Source: Lingula anatina (lineage: Eukaryota; Animalia; Brachiopoda). From it: DNA of 64,000 nucleotides. A model generated the notes under the pieces. The model was not told the origin of the DNA. It did not search any database and was given only the letters and a program-made list of their open reading frames with translations. Below are positions 11,865-25,000 of this stretch, piece by piece. Location of the stretch: the NCBI GenBank assembly GCA_051362555.1, contig CM120640.1:1240001-1304000 (forward strand), given 5' to 3'. Positions within the stretch are counted from its first letter, which is position 1. The number at the start of each line of letters is the position of its first letter. The translations under genes and the position numbers were made by a program.

Positions 11865-14363
11865 ATGGACTCTATCCATGTTATTTGTATGGAGTCTCTG
11901 TGTTTAATATTGATCATGTGGATAAAAGCGGACTTTGTTTCTGGTTTTAAGACGGACTATGATTCATTCCGCTTCAGGTCGACCAAATTTTCCATGATAA
12001 AAAGTTCAAAAGCACCAGGTCATCTCACCGCGAAAACTGAACATACATCGTCCTTAGAGGAATGCATTTTTGTCTGCCTGCAAGCATCACTGGACAAATG
12101 CCAAGCTGTGAATTACAAGAAGTCTGAAAATCTGTGCAGATTTCTTTCAACAACGATAGGACAAAATTACGAGCCGTTTTTGGAACCAAACGACAACTGG
12201 GATTTTCTAGCACCTGTCATAAGTTAGTATGCTTCAGTTTTTGCTTTTCATTTCTAATATGATATGTTGATATGCAACCAAAATAGTTGGATTGTACAAC
12301 AATATAATTTGTTAAATTTTCTTAATGAAATGAGACTAATAAAATTGTTCATTAAACTGTTAAGATGAAATAAATTTCTTGGTATTCCGATGACATGAAA
12401 AAAACTAAGAGTGTTTTAAATGCACACTAAAATGTATTTAGTTTTTAAAAGTCTCCAGTGCACATGATACAATATATTTTGCACATTTAAGTAAAACTCG
12501 AATATGAACCTAAAAAATGTCTGAAATCAATGGAAGTAATTATGAACAAGGATATATTTATATATATATAATTTCATGGAATTAATCCGATGAATATTAC
12601 ACAAAAATATTGTCATTTACAATTTGCTGCGGCGGAGGGCTGCGTTTTTTGAGACCTCGATGATTTTGGGCACTTTTTCCGTTGAAGCAGATTAGAAAGT
12701 CTCTTAAAAGCATTCAGTCTAAAAACAATTCTTGTCTCCTCATGTCTTGTCCCGTTTTCCGTTTCAGGCGGTGTGCCGAGATCCTGTTCGGATGCGTTGG
12801 AGCGAAGCGGCAGAAGGCAGTCAGGGAAGGCTGAGACGACACTGATTGACCCTGACGGCGAGGAGGGTCCGGTCCCTCCTTTCTTTGTCCATTGCGATAA
12901 TACCACTGGGACAGTGTGGACGAAATTAACCGCTACCCCCTATGACTCTTTCTTCCATGGCAACAATGCAGCGGGGGGAATAAGAAAATCGATCAGCTAT
13001 TTATGTGAGTTTTTACGTTCCATACGTTCTTTGACGCAAGTTGAATATAGATGACATCGTAGCACCCTGAGTTAATTACCCCCTATCAGAGAGCAAAGGA
13101 AACTCTGCCGAGTGTCGTTCCCAGTATCACGTGTGTATGCTGATTATAGGGCAGTTCCAGCTGACACTCCGTCTGCGATACAATAATTTTTTTCTAAATT
13201 ATTTTAGTGCGTCAAATTTTTACAATCATGATTAACAATCCAAAGTATTTTTACGAAATGGATTTTAATGTATTTTCTGTTGAAGAATCTAAGTCATTTT
13301 ATTTCAGATGCTAACATGGATCAGATCGTTAGCCTCATTAGCATGTCGACGAGATGCCAACAAAAGTTGAAGTATACATGCTTCAAAGCATCTTTTATGT
13401 CCGACATGGAGGCAAGCTCGCTGAAAACGTGGTGGGTGTCTCGTGACGGTGAGAAGATGATGTATTGGGCAGGAGGCCCCTCAGACGGGCGAGGGTGTGC
13501 GTGTGGCGTCACCCAGACCTGTGCCTCGAATTCAAGTAAGGCATATTTTAATAATTATCAATTAAAAATTAATTAATTAATTATTAAAAATTAATTATCC
13601 TCAGGTTTTGGAGCAAATGGGGTCATGTCAGTGTTTTTTTTTCCAAATTCCCATGCAAGCCCATTGTTTCCTCTAAACTTCAGCTGCGTTTGATTGGAAT
13701 TTATCGCAAATATCAGCGCCCAAAAAGCATGGGAATTTTAAAAAGAAAAAATTTAGAACGCACCAAACTTGAAGTTATGGGTAGGACTAAATGTGTGAAT
13801 ACAAAATTGACGATTTTTTCTTACTGTTCGTGAGTGCTGGAAATTAACGATTTTCCCCAGCATGAAAAACTGCCCAAAATTACGCTCGCGTATTTAATAA
13901 ATGGGAGGTATTTATGAGACAATCAATTCATATCTTGCACAGACGCGTATCTCCATGCACCTCAACATTTGTTGCTCTAGACTATTATAACCATGTAACG
14001 GTAGAAATAGGCAGTCGTTGGACGTACGTAATCACGATGCTTTTCTGGATCAGTTGACCGGTGATTAACGAGCTTGACGTTTGAAATTGGTTCACAAAAT
14101 TTAGATTTTCTTTATTTTAATTATTATTTCATCTTGTTTATTAATTAATTTATTTATTCATTGAAGATATACCAAGAAGTCTTTGTAACTGCAACATGAA
14201 CGACGGTGTGTGGCGGACAGACGAGGGCTACATCACGGACAAGACGAAACTTCCAGTGTCAGAGCTCCGAGTCGGGGATGTCGGCGATCACGGCGAGTAC
14301 GGCTTTGGGACAGTGTGGCCATTGGAATGCACAGGCCTTGTCAGCCTGGTAGAACTCGGCTGA
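11865..14363 (+). CDS. Secreted protein with a PAN/Apple domain and a CASPR/neurexin-IV-type fibrinogen-like domain (~339 aa)
   Basis: Exons 11865-12222, 12768-13004, 13308-13535 and 14167-14363 all join in phase 1 with GT/AG (1020 nt). There is a hydrophobic N-terminal signal-like segment and a PAN cysteine pattern (SLEECIFVC...CQAVNY...CRF). CASPR FBG-like motifs follow: IDPDGEEGPVPPFFVHC, CQQKLKYTC, WWVSRDG..MMYWAG, CACG, CNCNMNDGVWRTDEGYITDKTKLPV and PLEC. Confidence 0.85.
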
Positions 14364-16009
14364 TTTCGGCAAAGTACGGTTTTAACCGACGGGTCCCGAA
14401 TGAAACTCAGGTCAAATTTGGCAAGTTGTAGTGTTTTCCAAAAGTTTGTAAAACTGAAAAGGTCTTGGAAAATTCGTAATTCTCTGTTTAATAAGATGTT
14501 TGTATTGCAATGTCAAGACGACGCTGTGGATTAAAAGAAAACTGAGAAAATAATTGTGGGAAGTTACGCATACTTACTTAAAATATGTAATTTAAAACCG
14601 ATTTAAATTAATTTTACACACTTTTTAAGGGATAATAGATATTCATATGAAATTCAAAATCTCACATTAAATACTTTGTAATCAATACAGTAAATATGAT
14701 AAATTCCATCCAACACCAAAACGGTGGTTATCCCAATTATTCTTATATCATATCTGTGCTTGGCAACAGACCATGTGGACCTTCATGAATGGCTATCCTC
14801 CATTATAATCTGTCAAGAAATTATTACGAAAAAAAAAAACTTAGAAACAAAAATTAAATAACTTTGAATGTTGGAATGGATTCATCTACCATTAGAAAGT
14901 ATGAGAAAATTGTCATTTACCCCAGGAATATCCGTTTTATGGCACTTTTCGAATTCCCCTGAAGTAAAAAGTTGTTTTGTCTGGTGCCAATTGTTTAGTG
15001 CCTCCAAGCAACAAACAGGATTACTTTTACTCAGTACATAATTAAAATAGACATGTAAAGAATAACTCAATTTTAACTTAAAAATCCATCGCTTATTCAT
15101 CATTAGTGAATTAAAATATTCACTCTTAAAACTCAGTTTTTTTTACATTTTATTCCTTTGCTATGAATAGTGATTTATATTGCACAACTCCAAATTATAC
15201 AAATATTTGTTGATATTGCCACCACAGGTGGGTTTCTGTGTCTGTTATGTTTAATGCATATGGCACATTAGCTGATGTTGGATCACAAGAAAATATAACA
15301 ATTAGAACAGTGGAGATGGATACTTTTGTTCATCATAGTAGATGTAAACCAGTTAACAATGATAAAACATATTAATAATAACAATTATGTAATTATAAAT
15401 TTAATAATGAAAATAACAAGCAAAAATATTCATCTACTTTTACATGTCCTAGTATTTAGCACATTACATTTAAAATTGCAATACCCCTTACAATATAACA
15501 TTTTAAAATTACAATAATTAAGATAAAAAATGACAGATTAAGAGTTATCCAAATTTTTTGACAATTTGTTAAAGCATCTTAAAAAATATCCAAATATATC
15601 AAAGTCACAAATAAATATCACAGCTACAACAACAGAATGCTGCAAAGTATAACTTCAGATAAAAATCAACTTTTTATATACATCAAAAATTGCATTCAGA
15701 AGAGGCCTCCCTTCCGGCACCCTTTAAAATATAAAATAACTTTCCTAGTAATTTAATAGTTTAAACTTAAGACCAATATTTAGACCGTCTTTAAATTATA
15801 TCATTATTTTGTATAACAGGCCTGCAGTTAGCAATTGCAATTTCAAAAGGAGGGGTTCTTTTTCAGTAAAAAAAGAGGGCCTCTTACCTTGGAACATCCG
15901 TGTACCTACACTGTCAGAAAACAAGAGTGAGTGTACATTTGTTTTATCATTATTTAGAGGCAGCTTTATTGTATAAGTTGACAGTTTTTGACAGTGTTCA
16001 CTTTGTTTA

Positions 16010-19000
16010 TTACGCTGCATCTGCTGCTGTAATATTGACATAACAGGGTGGAACAAAAGTATTTGCTAGGTGTAGTATGGCGGAGTATGTGGAGGCTATC
16101 CCTCCAATGAGACCTATCAGAATGATTTCCCAGCACATCACTTTTACATGGAGTGGGACAAACCTAGAACAGAAGTTGTGAAAACAAATTTGTACTGAAT
16201 ACTTGTTTGTAAAAAGTTGTATACACTATAAAAATGTTTCAAGTAAATGAAACATGAATATTGTGCTGATCATGTCTTAATATCTGCAATAAATGATCTT
16301 ATTTTTAAAGTATTTCTTGTTTCTTATTATAAAAAGGCAAATGGTTGAATGTTGAATCATGATAGATTGAAGTGTGAAAAAAAGCCACCTACTTTTCCTT
16401 CCAGTCTCCCTTCATAGCACAAAGTCTGAGGTAAAAGAATGGTGGGCAAATAAACGTCGTGAAGGTGACGGTGGACCCACCGACCAATGACAAGATGGCT
16501 CCAAAATGGGGGATACTCTCCGTGACAAACAGCACACACGCCATGACACAGGTCCGCAGTAGACAGCGCTTCCAACCAAACTCTGGACGAATTTACATTT
16601 TACAATAATTAAATAATAGTAAATAATAATAAAAACTTATTATGGGTAAAGTTAAATCAATAATTAAATAAAAGTAAATAATTCTGAAAACTTATTATAG
16701 GCAAAATTGAATCAAATATTAAATAATAGTAAATAATAAAAACAATTAATTATTATGGGCAAAATTGAATCAAATATTAAATAACAGTAAATAATAAAAT
16801 TTTATTATTGGCAAAATTGAATCAAATATTAAATAATAGTAAACATGCAGCTACGTGTATTTATAGGACAGATGAATACATGTAGTCACAAGCAATGTTA
16901 ACTTTTAAATATTATGGTCTGGTTGTGACAAAGAAAGTGGTACACCCATACCTCAGCAAAAAGACATTAAAATTTTTTTTTCAAAAAAAACAAAACAAAA
17001 AAAAAATCTAAATCTCAGCCGACAGATCTACATGACTTACTATTGGGAACTCTGAAGATTTCCTCCAGTTCCTGGAGAAAAGGGTTCAGTACCAGAACCA
17101 GACCCATCATCAGGTGAAGGGTCAGCAGTATCTCCACTATATACAACATTGGACCTGGGGTTACAGAACGCAGAATGTTGTCATCCAGTTTGTGTCCAAG
17201 AAAGAAGTATGCCACTGCAGAGACTGGGATATACATACAGAGAACAACTGTAAAGGAAGAGGAAATGCATGTACAATGTCAACTTTACAATAATTTATAA
17301 TACCAGAGATTTGATAAAGGGCTGAGAAAATTTTACTTTTTAAATCTCACTCAACTCACACAATTAACTGTAAAAAAGAAGCAGGGGGGAGGGGGTCTTC
17401 TGGGTCTTCTTTGACTCACATCAAAAGTCGCACATCAAAAATTGCAACTGTGGGTGAATAACAGGTCTTACGTATATATTCTCAGTGATGACTGTACCTC
17501 TATATTCTATCAATTAAAGTCTACTTTTGAAGAGCCACAAACATAAATTCCAGTAGCAATGAAAAGAAAACTCAATTACAATAATTAAAATCAAAACATT
17601 TTCCTTCTCAGTAAAACTCACTGCTGTATCCTATGGTGACAGACTTCCAAAATTCTTTGGGCTTTTTCATATCATGTTGGATGGTCGGGAAAACAGAGAG
17701 TCCCCCAAATGCAAACAGAATTGTTCCAAATGCCATGAAGAATGAGGTAAACCCCACAGGGTCATGTCTGACCGTCACACTGGACACCTGGTTGTGGTCC
17801 ACAATTAGATTGGCAGTGAGAATGACACAGGCTATGGCAGTGGCCCCCATAGCTCCCATTGCTATAGGCCTGGAGGAAAAAAAAATAGAAATATTAAATA
17901 TAAGATTGGCAGTGAGAATGACACAGGCTATGGCAGTGGCCCCCATAGCTCCCAATACTATCTTACTGGACAAAAAAAAAGATGGCTATGCAGGAAAGTG
18001 GTAAAAGAAAAACTTTAAAGACAATTGATTTGGCACATGAATATATCTTACTGGTATTATTGCAGTAACTACAATTTTACAAAGAACAAAATGTATTTTG
18101 GATGCAAATGCTGTTAAAATCAAATAACAGTATCTCATACAATAAACAATACATAACTAGAGGATCAGAGAGGCGATACCGCCTCCGAATATTGTACCAC
18201 CAGCTGGAGCAAGCGCATTCGTATAGACCCCCACATACACAAAATAAGGGGTGCAGCCACCAGTCTTGTGCTTGACAAGCTGTAAAAATGCAATCAACAA
18301 GAATTTTCAAAATATGCAAAAAATATATATAACTAAAAATGGTGCAATCAAAGTTAAGTTCATTGTAAGGTAGGTCAAAGGTCAATTTCAAGGTCACAGT
18401 AAATTGCCAGTATATGACTTCCTATCCAACTTCAATAGTAACTATGGACCTATCTCTGCCAGTTTTGGAGATAAAAGGGAAGCAAAATTTGCAAAGTTCA
18501 GTTCATGGTGAAAAGTAGGTCAAAGGTCAATTTCAAGGTCACAGTAAGATTGCCAGTATATGACTTCCTATTCAACTTCAATAGTAACTATGGACCTATC
18601 TCTGCCAGTTTTGGAGATAAAAGGGAAGCAAAATTTGCAAAGTTCAGTTCATGGTGAAAAGTAGGTCAAAGGTCAATTTCAAGGTCACATTTAGATTGCC
18701 AGTATATGACTTCCTATTCAACTTCAATAGTAACTATGGACCTATCTCTGCCAGTTTTGGAGATAAAAGGGAAGCAAAATTTGCAAAGTTCAGTTCATGG
18801 TGAAAAGAAGGTCAAAGGTCAATTTCAAGGTCACAGTAAAATTGCCAGTATATGACTTCCTATGCAAGTTCAATAGTAACTATGGACCTATCTCTGCCAG
18901 TTTTGGAGATAAAAGGGAAGCAAATTTTGCAAAGTTCAGTTCAAGGTGAAAAGTAGGTCAAAGGTCAATTTCAAGGTCACAGTAAAATTGCCAGTATATG

Positions 19001-22000
19001 ACTTCCTATTCAAGTTCAATAGTAACTATGGACCTATCTCTGCCAGTTTTGGAGATAAAAGGGAAGCAAAATTTGCAAAGTTCAGTTCATGGTGATAAGT
19101 AGGTCAAAGGTCAATTTCAAGGTCACAGTAAGATTGCCAGTATATGACTTCCTATTCAACTTCAATAGTAACTATGGACCTATCTCTGCCAGTTTTGGAG
19201 ATAAAAGGGAAGCAAAATTTGCAAAGTTCAGTTCATGGTGAAAAGTAGGTCAAAGGTCAATTTCAAGGTCACAGTAAAATTGCCAGTATATGACTTCCTA
19301 TTCAACTTCAATAGTAACTATGGACCTATCTCTGCCAGTTTTGGAGATAAAAGGGAAGCAAAATTTGCAAAGTTCAGTTCATGGTGAAAAGAAGGTCAAA
19401 GGTCAATTTCAAGGTCACAGTAAAATTGCCAGTATATGACTTCCTATGCAAGTTCAATAGTAACTATGGACTTATCTCTGCCAGTTTTGGAGATAAAAGG
19501 GAAGCAAATTTTGCAAAGTTCAGTTCAAGGTGAAAAGTAGGTCAAAGGTCAATTTCAAGGTCACAGTAAAATTGCCAGTATATGACTTCCTATTCAAGTT
19601 CAATAGTAACTATGGACCTATCTCTGCCAGTTTTGGAGATAAAAGGGAAGCAAAATTTGCAAAGTTCAGTTCATGGTGATAAGTAGGTCAAAGGTCAATT
19701 TCAAGGTCACAGTAAGATTGCCAGTATATGACTTCCTATTCAACTTCAATAGTAACTATGGACCTATCTCTGCCAGTTTTGGAGATAAAAGGGAAGCAAA
19801 ATTTGCAAAGTTCAGTTCATGGTGAAAAGTAGGTCAAAGGTCAATGTCAAGGTCACAGTAAGATTGCCAGTATATGACTTCCTATTCAACTTCAATAGTA
19901 ACTATGGACCTATCTCTGCCAGTTTTGGAGATATAAGGGACTAAATGTTATAATTTTGGAGTTACCATAATGTGCCATAAATTTCCTACAGAAAAAATTA
20001 ATTAAAATAAAGAAAAGGTCATTTTGGTCAAAGTTCTTGAAATGGGAGGTTCTCTGAAGTTGCAGAAGTTTAAATTTGATAAAATAATGTCATTTTTGAC
20101 CACAAGTTGTCTGCTTTGCCAAGCATTATGTTTTATTTTTCCGGAGTTCAAAATTTATTATCCATTACCGTACTGCACATTTTTACGGAAGCCGACTGGT
20201 GCCATATGTTGAAAAAAAAAATTATCTCGAAATTTCGAGATAGCATTTTTTTTGTTCAAATTTCAAAATACTATCTCGAAATTTCGAGATAAATTTTTTT
20301 GCTCAAATATCAAAATGCTATCTCGAAATTTCGAGATAATTTTTTTTTGTTCAAATTTCAAAATGCTATCTCGAAATTTCGAGATAAAAATTTTTTTTGT
20401 TCAAATTTCAAAATAGTATCTCGAAATTTCGAGATAATTTTTTTTTCTACATATGGCACCAGTCGGCTTCCGTACATTTTCCTTTCACCACCAATATGTA
20501 CTTTCTGATACAGCGTAACTCGAAAACCGTATGGAATACAAAAAAACCGAGACCACCTCCAGTGTTGGGCTTTACATGCTCTACAAAATGCAAAAAAGAA
20601 TGGGTCTCTAGCATTAACGGTTCCCGAATTAGAGACAGTTTTCAGTTTCGGTATCTTATGGCCGCTACTCCTGTGAAAATGCACCGATTGACCCCAAATT
20701 CACGGAGATGAAAGATGACCTGAAGGGTAACACTTTCCAATAATATTATTGGTTAAGTCTGTGTGGCGTCTGAATAACAGGGCAAAAAAATTTTTTTTCG
20801 TAAAAAATTTCATTTTTTTGAAAATTTTGACCCATTTGACCTTGAAGTAAAGGTCAAAGGTCAAATCCGAGGGTATATTTGAAATCTACACATATGACTT
20901 TTGGAAAGCCGTCTATAGAAATTTTTCCCGTAACTCCTTCTGTAGGGTAGATAATTAGCATTTAATTTTGCCATTTTTAGACAAGGGTGCATTGCAATGA
21001 GTGCCACACCCAGACCCCAATACCGACAAAGCCCAAATTTTACGTGGAACGAGTTGAGATTATAGGTGACCTAAATCCATGAGATGGGTACGGGGGCCCT
21101 TACCGTCTAGGAGGAGAAGCGGTAACGGTAACATGGCGGCGGAGCCGGCGGAACGGACCGGACGGGACCGAAACCATGTGTACCGCCAGCGCTAACGCTG
21201 GTGGTAAATTTTTTTGTTCAAATTTCAAAATAGTATCTCGAAATTTCGAGATAATTTTTTTTTCTACATATGGCACCAGTGGGCTTCCGTACATTTTCCT
21301 TTCACCACCAATATGTACTTTTTGATACAGCGTAACTCGAAAACCGTATGGAATACAAAAAAACCGAGACCACCTCCAGTGTTGGGCTTTACATGCTCTA
21401 CAAAATGCAAAAAAGAATGGGTCTCTAGCATTAACGGTTCCCGAATTAGAGACAGTTTTCAGTTTCGGTATCTTATGGCCGCTACTCCTGTGAAAATGCA
21501 CAGATTGACCCCAAATTCACGGAGATGAAAGATGACCTGAAGGGTAACACTTTCCAATAATATTATTGGTTAAGTCTGTGTGGTGTCTGAATAACAGGGC
21601 AAAAAATTTTTTTTTCGTAAAAAATTTCATTTTTTTGAAAATTTTGGCCCATTTGACCTTGAAGTAAAGGTCAAAGGTCAAATCCGAGGGTATATTTGAA
21701 ATCTACACATATGACTTTTGGAAAGCCGTCTGTAGAAAATTTTCCCGTAACTCCTTCCGTAGGGTAGATAATTAGCATTTAATTTTGCCATTTTTGGACA
21801 AGGGTGCATTGCAATGAGTGCCACACCCAGACCCCAATACCGACAAAGCCCAAATTTTACGTGGAACGAGTTGAGATTATAGGTGACCTAAATCCATGAG
21901 ATGGGTATGGGGGGCCTTACCGTCTAGGAGGAGAAGCGGTAACGGTAGCCGTCCGGCGGAGCCGGCGGAGCCGGCGGAGCCGGCGGAGCCGGCGGAACGA

Positions 22001-25000
22001 TCCGGACGAGACCGAAACCATGTGTACCGCCAGCGCTAACGCTGGTGGTACAATTATGTCAGGGAGGTTTATAACATATAAAAGCTATTGCTTTACTTCT
22101 AAAAGTTTACCAGAAATCTTTTGGTGTCCCCAGCCAGGTAAAAGGTGTTAAAAACCCAGCAATCAGAAGATTCCAGTAACAGAATGAAATCTCTGTGTGT
22201 CCTATATTCTCGGCCAATGATTGAATGTTTTCTGCTGCCAGTAACAGGAAGACCACACCCACTCCAAACAACTGGACATTATTGGCAAAGGACACTGAAT
22301 ATCTGTAGAGATATTGAGAAAAAAAGATATATTAATGAAATATTTTACTATTGCCTATTCTTCTATGACTTTGGCATATACCAGTGCTTAATAATTACTG
22401 CACATAATGATGACTACTGAGTTGATACTGTATATTTCAATAGAAAATGAAATAATTTTTCACTGTCCGAAATAATCTTTTATCTATAATAATAATAATT
22501 TTGTAATTTCTTGTATAGTTGTACACATTTTACAAGCCCTACAATCTCAATAAACATAATGATATGAAGACTGGTAATAAAATAAATAAATTAAAGAATA
22601 AATAAAGAGCCTAAAGTAAAAATGAGTCAATATAAACCACATTGAACAGTTGTACTGGTAGTGCAGTATTTCTGTTAATATATTACTGGGTTTGTACTTG
22701 TACATACTGTTGTATGGATGCTTTCATTGTAAGTTACATAACATATATCAAGGTACATACATGTAAAAGTTAGCATGCAAATACAAAAACATACTGATAA
22801 AAATAAGCATGCTGGCAAGCCTTGTACATATGTACATATCTGATATTAACACTTAATGTGCAATAATATTTAGGAATAATATGCAAAGCATCCATGATAC
22901 ATATAAAACAAAATCTAGTTTTTCTTCAACATAAACTTGGATCCATCATAACAGTAATTGAAAATACATGTATCACATAAAAAAGTGATTTCAAAACACC
23001 ACTTTAAAGCCTGTATTGCATATGGTTACAATCCAAGACTAACTGTGCCATGCAAAAAAAGCAATAATTTCAAACCCTAAAATTAAATTAAAATATACTG
23101 TCACTACAATAAAACATAAGCAAAACAAGTAGATAATATATCCATGCACACAACACAGCAAACACAAACCATGCTCATGCTAAAGATAACGAAAAAGTTA
23201 AATCACAATTATCTTAACTCTCTCCTAAATATTTAATATAATACAATATATTATATACTTACAAATCAAACCGAACTAAAAATATAACGAAATTGAGACT
23301 GATCTTAGGCAAACTTCATCAATTTGAAAGTAGAGATTATTATCAAAGAAATTATTACAAATGATGATTATTTACTTTTAACTGAAATTTGAAAAAGAAA
23401 ACAAGTGGCACAAGTTACAACATAATTTTAACCATGATTTATGGAAACAGGTCCTGTGCATCTGTAATTATTTATTTATTATAATCATTCCCATTATGAA
23501 ATATGTCTATTGTAACTGTGTATGTGTACTGGGGTCACTTACTTTCCCACTTTCCCCATGGCCCTGACACCAATAGAAGTATAGGGGTCTCTGGTGTCAG
23601 AGCGGTACTCCTCCCATCTCTCCTGTAGTATAATCCAGCACTGGCCCAGTAATACCCCGCAGTAACCAGAGATAAGACAACACACAAAGATCATCACCAA
23701 ACCAAACCAACCTAAAACAAGTGGAGAAACAATACTGAAAAGTAACTTCAATTGTTCATAAAAATATTGATTATTTTTGAGCATTTTAATACAGTCTCTG
23801 CTTTTCTGGCAATTCGTTCTTTTTTTTTCCTTTTTGTTTATTTTAAGTGTTGTAGGTCTCATATGATAGCATCAAGTTTAATTTTTATTCTGACTACATA
23901 CTCAAGTGCATATTCAAGACAAATACATGTATATTAGTAAGCAATTTAGCATTGCCAAATAATGGGACAACTTAATGATATCTTTAATTCATAAAGTTTT
24001 TTAATTTTTTGATTTAGAAGCTGGAGCTACCAGTAACAGTTATGCCTCAGATATCTTCTACTGAACCCCTGCTTACCCACCAGAATTCTCTACTGCCCTT
24101 GGCAGTGCCAGCACACCACTCCCTGCCATTTCTACTATAACACCATACATGTATATACCCACCAGAATTCTCTACTGCCCTTGGCAGTGCCAGCACACCA
24201 CTCCCTGCCATTTCTACTATAACACCATACATGTATATACTCACCTGAATTCTCTACTGCCCTTGGCAGTGCCAGCATCCCACTCCCTGCCATTTCTACT
24301 ATAACACCATACATGTATATACCCACCAGAATTCTCTACTGCCCTTGGCAGTGCCAGCACACCACTCCCTGCCATTTCTACTATAACACCATACATGTAT
24401 ATACTCACCAGAATTCTCTACTGCCCTTGGCAGTGCCAGGACACCACTCCCTGCCATTTCTACTATAACACCATACATGTATATATACTCACCTGAATTC
24501 TCTACCACCCTTGGCAGTGCCAGCACACCACTCCCTGCCATTTCTACTATATAACACCATATATGTATATACTCACCAGAATTCTCTACTGCCCTTGGCA
24601 GTGCCAGCACACCACTCCCCACCATTTCTACTATAACACCATACATGTATATACTCACCAGAATTCTCTACTGCCCTTGGCAGTGCCAGCACACCACTCC
24701 CTGCTATTTCTACTATAACACCATACATGTATATATACCCACCAGAATTCTCTACTGCCCTTGGCAGTGCCAGCACACCACTCCCTGCCATTTCTCCAGC
24801 TATGAACAAGCATGCTGTGATCACTGTCAGTCCATGGTGTGCCTGAGGACAGAGGAGACTTACATTGTACATGTAACTCACTGGCACAGTTCACAGTTCT
24901 AGTAAATGTATATGTCAATTGACTGTAACTTTATACACAGTAACACAAATATATATTAAGACTCAAATTAAAATTAGCACAAAAATTCATGCATTACCAC

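Larger units (their letters stand above)
18155..22055. mobile_element. Composite non-autonomous Helentron/HINE (DINE-1-like) element in transporter intron 4
   Basis: A 14-bp subterminal inverted repeat pairs ATTGTACCACCAGC (18191-18204) with GCTGGTGGTACAAT (22041-22054). The element also has a terminal stem-loop TACCGCCAGCG-ctaa-CGCTGGTGGTA, a GGCGGAGCC microsatellite next to that end, a small hairpin GAGGCG-atac-CGCCTC at the other end, and a central tandem array. Confidence 0.75.

Noticed and set aside
20299-21528. Duplicated 104-133-aa ORFs on both strands
   Set aside because: They arise from the MITE and the 817-bp duplication in a non-autonomous element, and show no recognisable protein motifs.
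24075-24795. Regularly spaced repeat that could be mistaken for a CRISPR array
   Set aside because: The spacers are copies of each other, the repeat is an exon fragment, the context is eukaryotic, and no cas genes are present.
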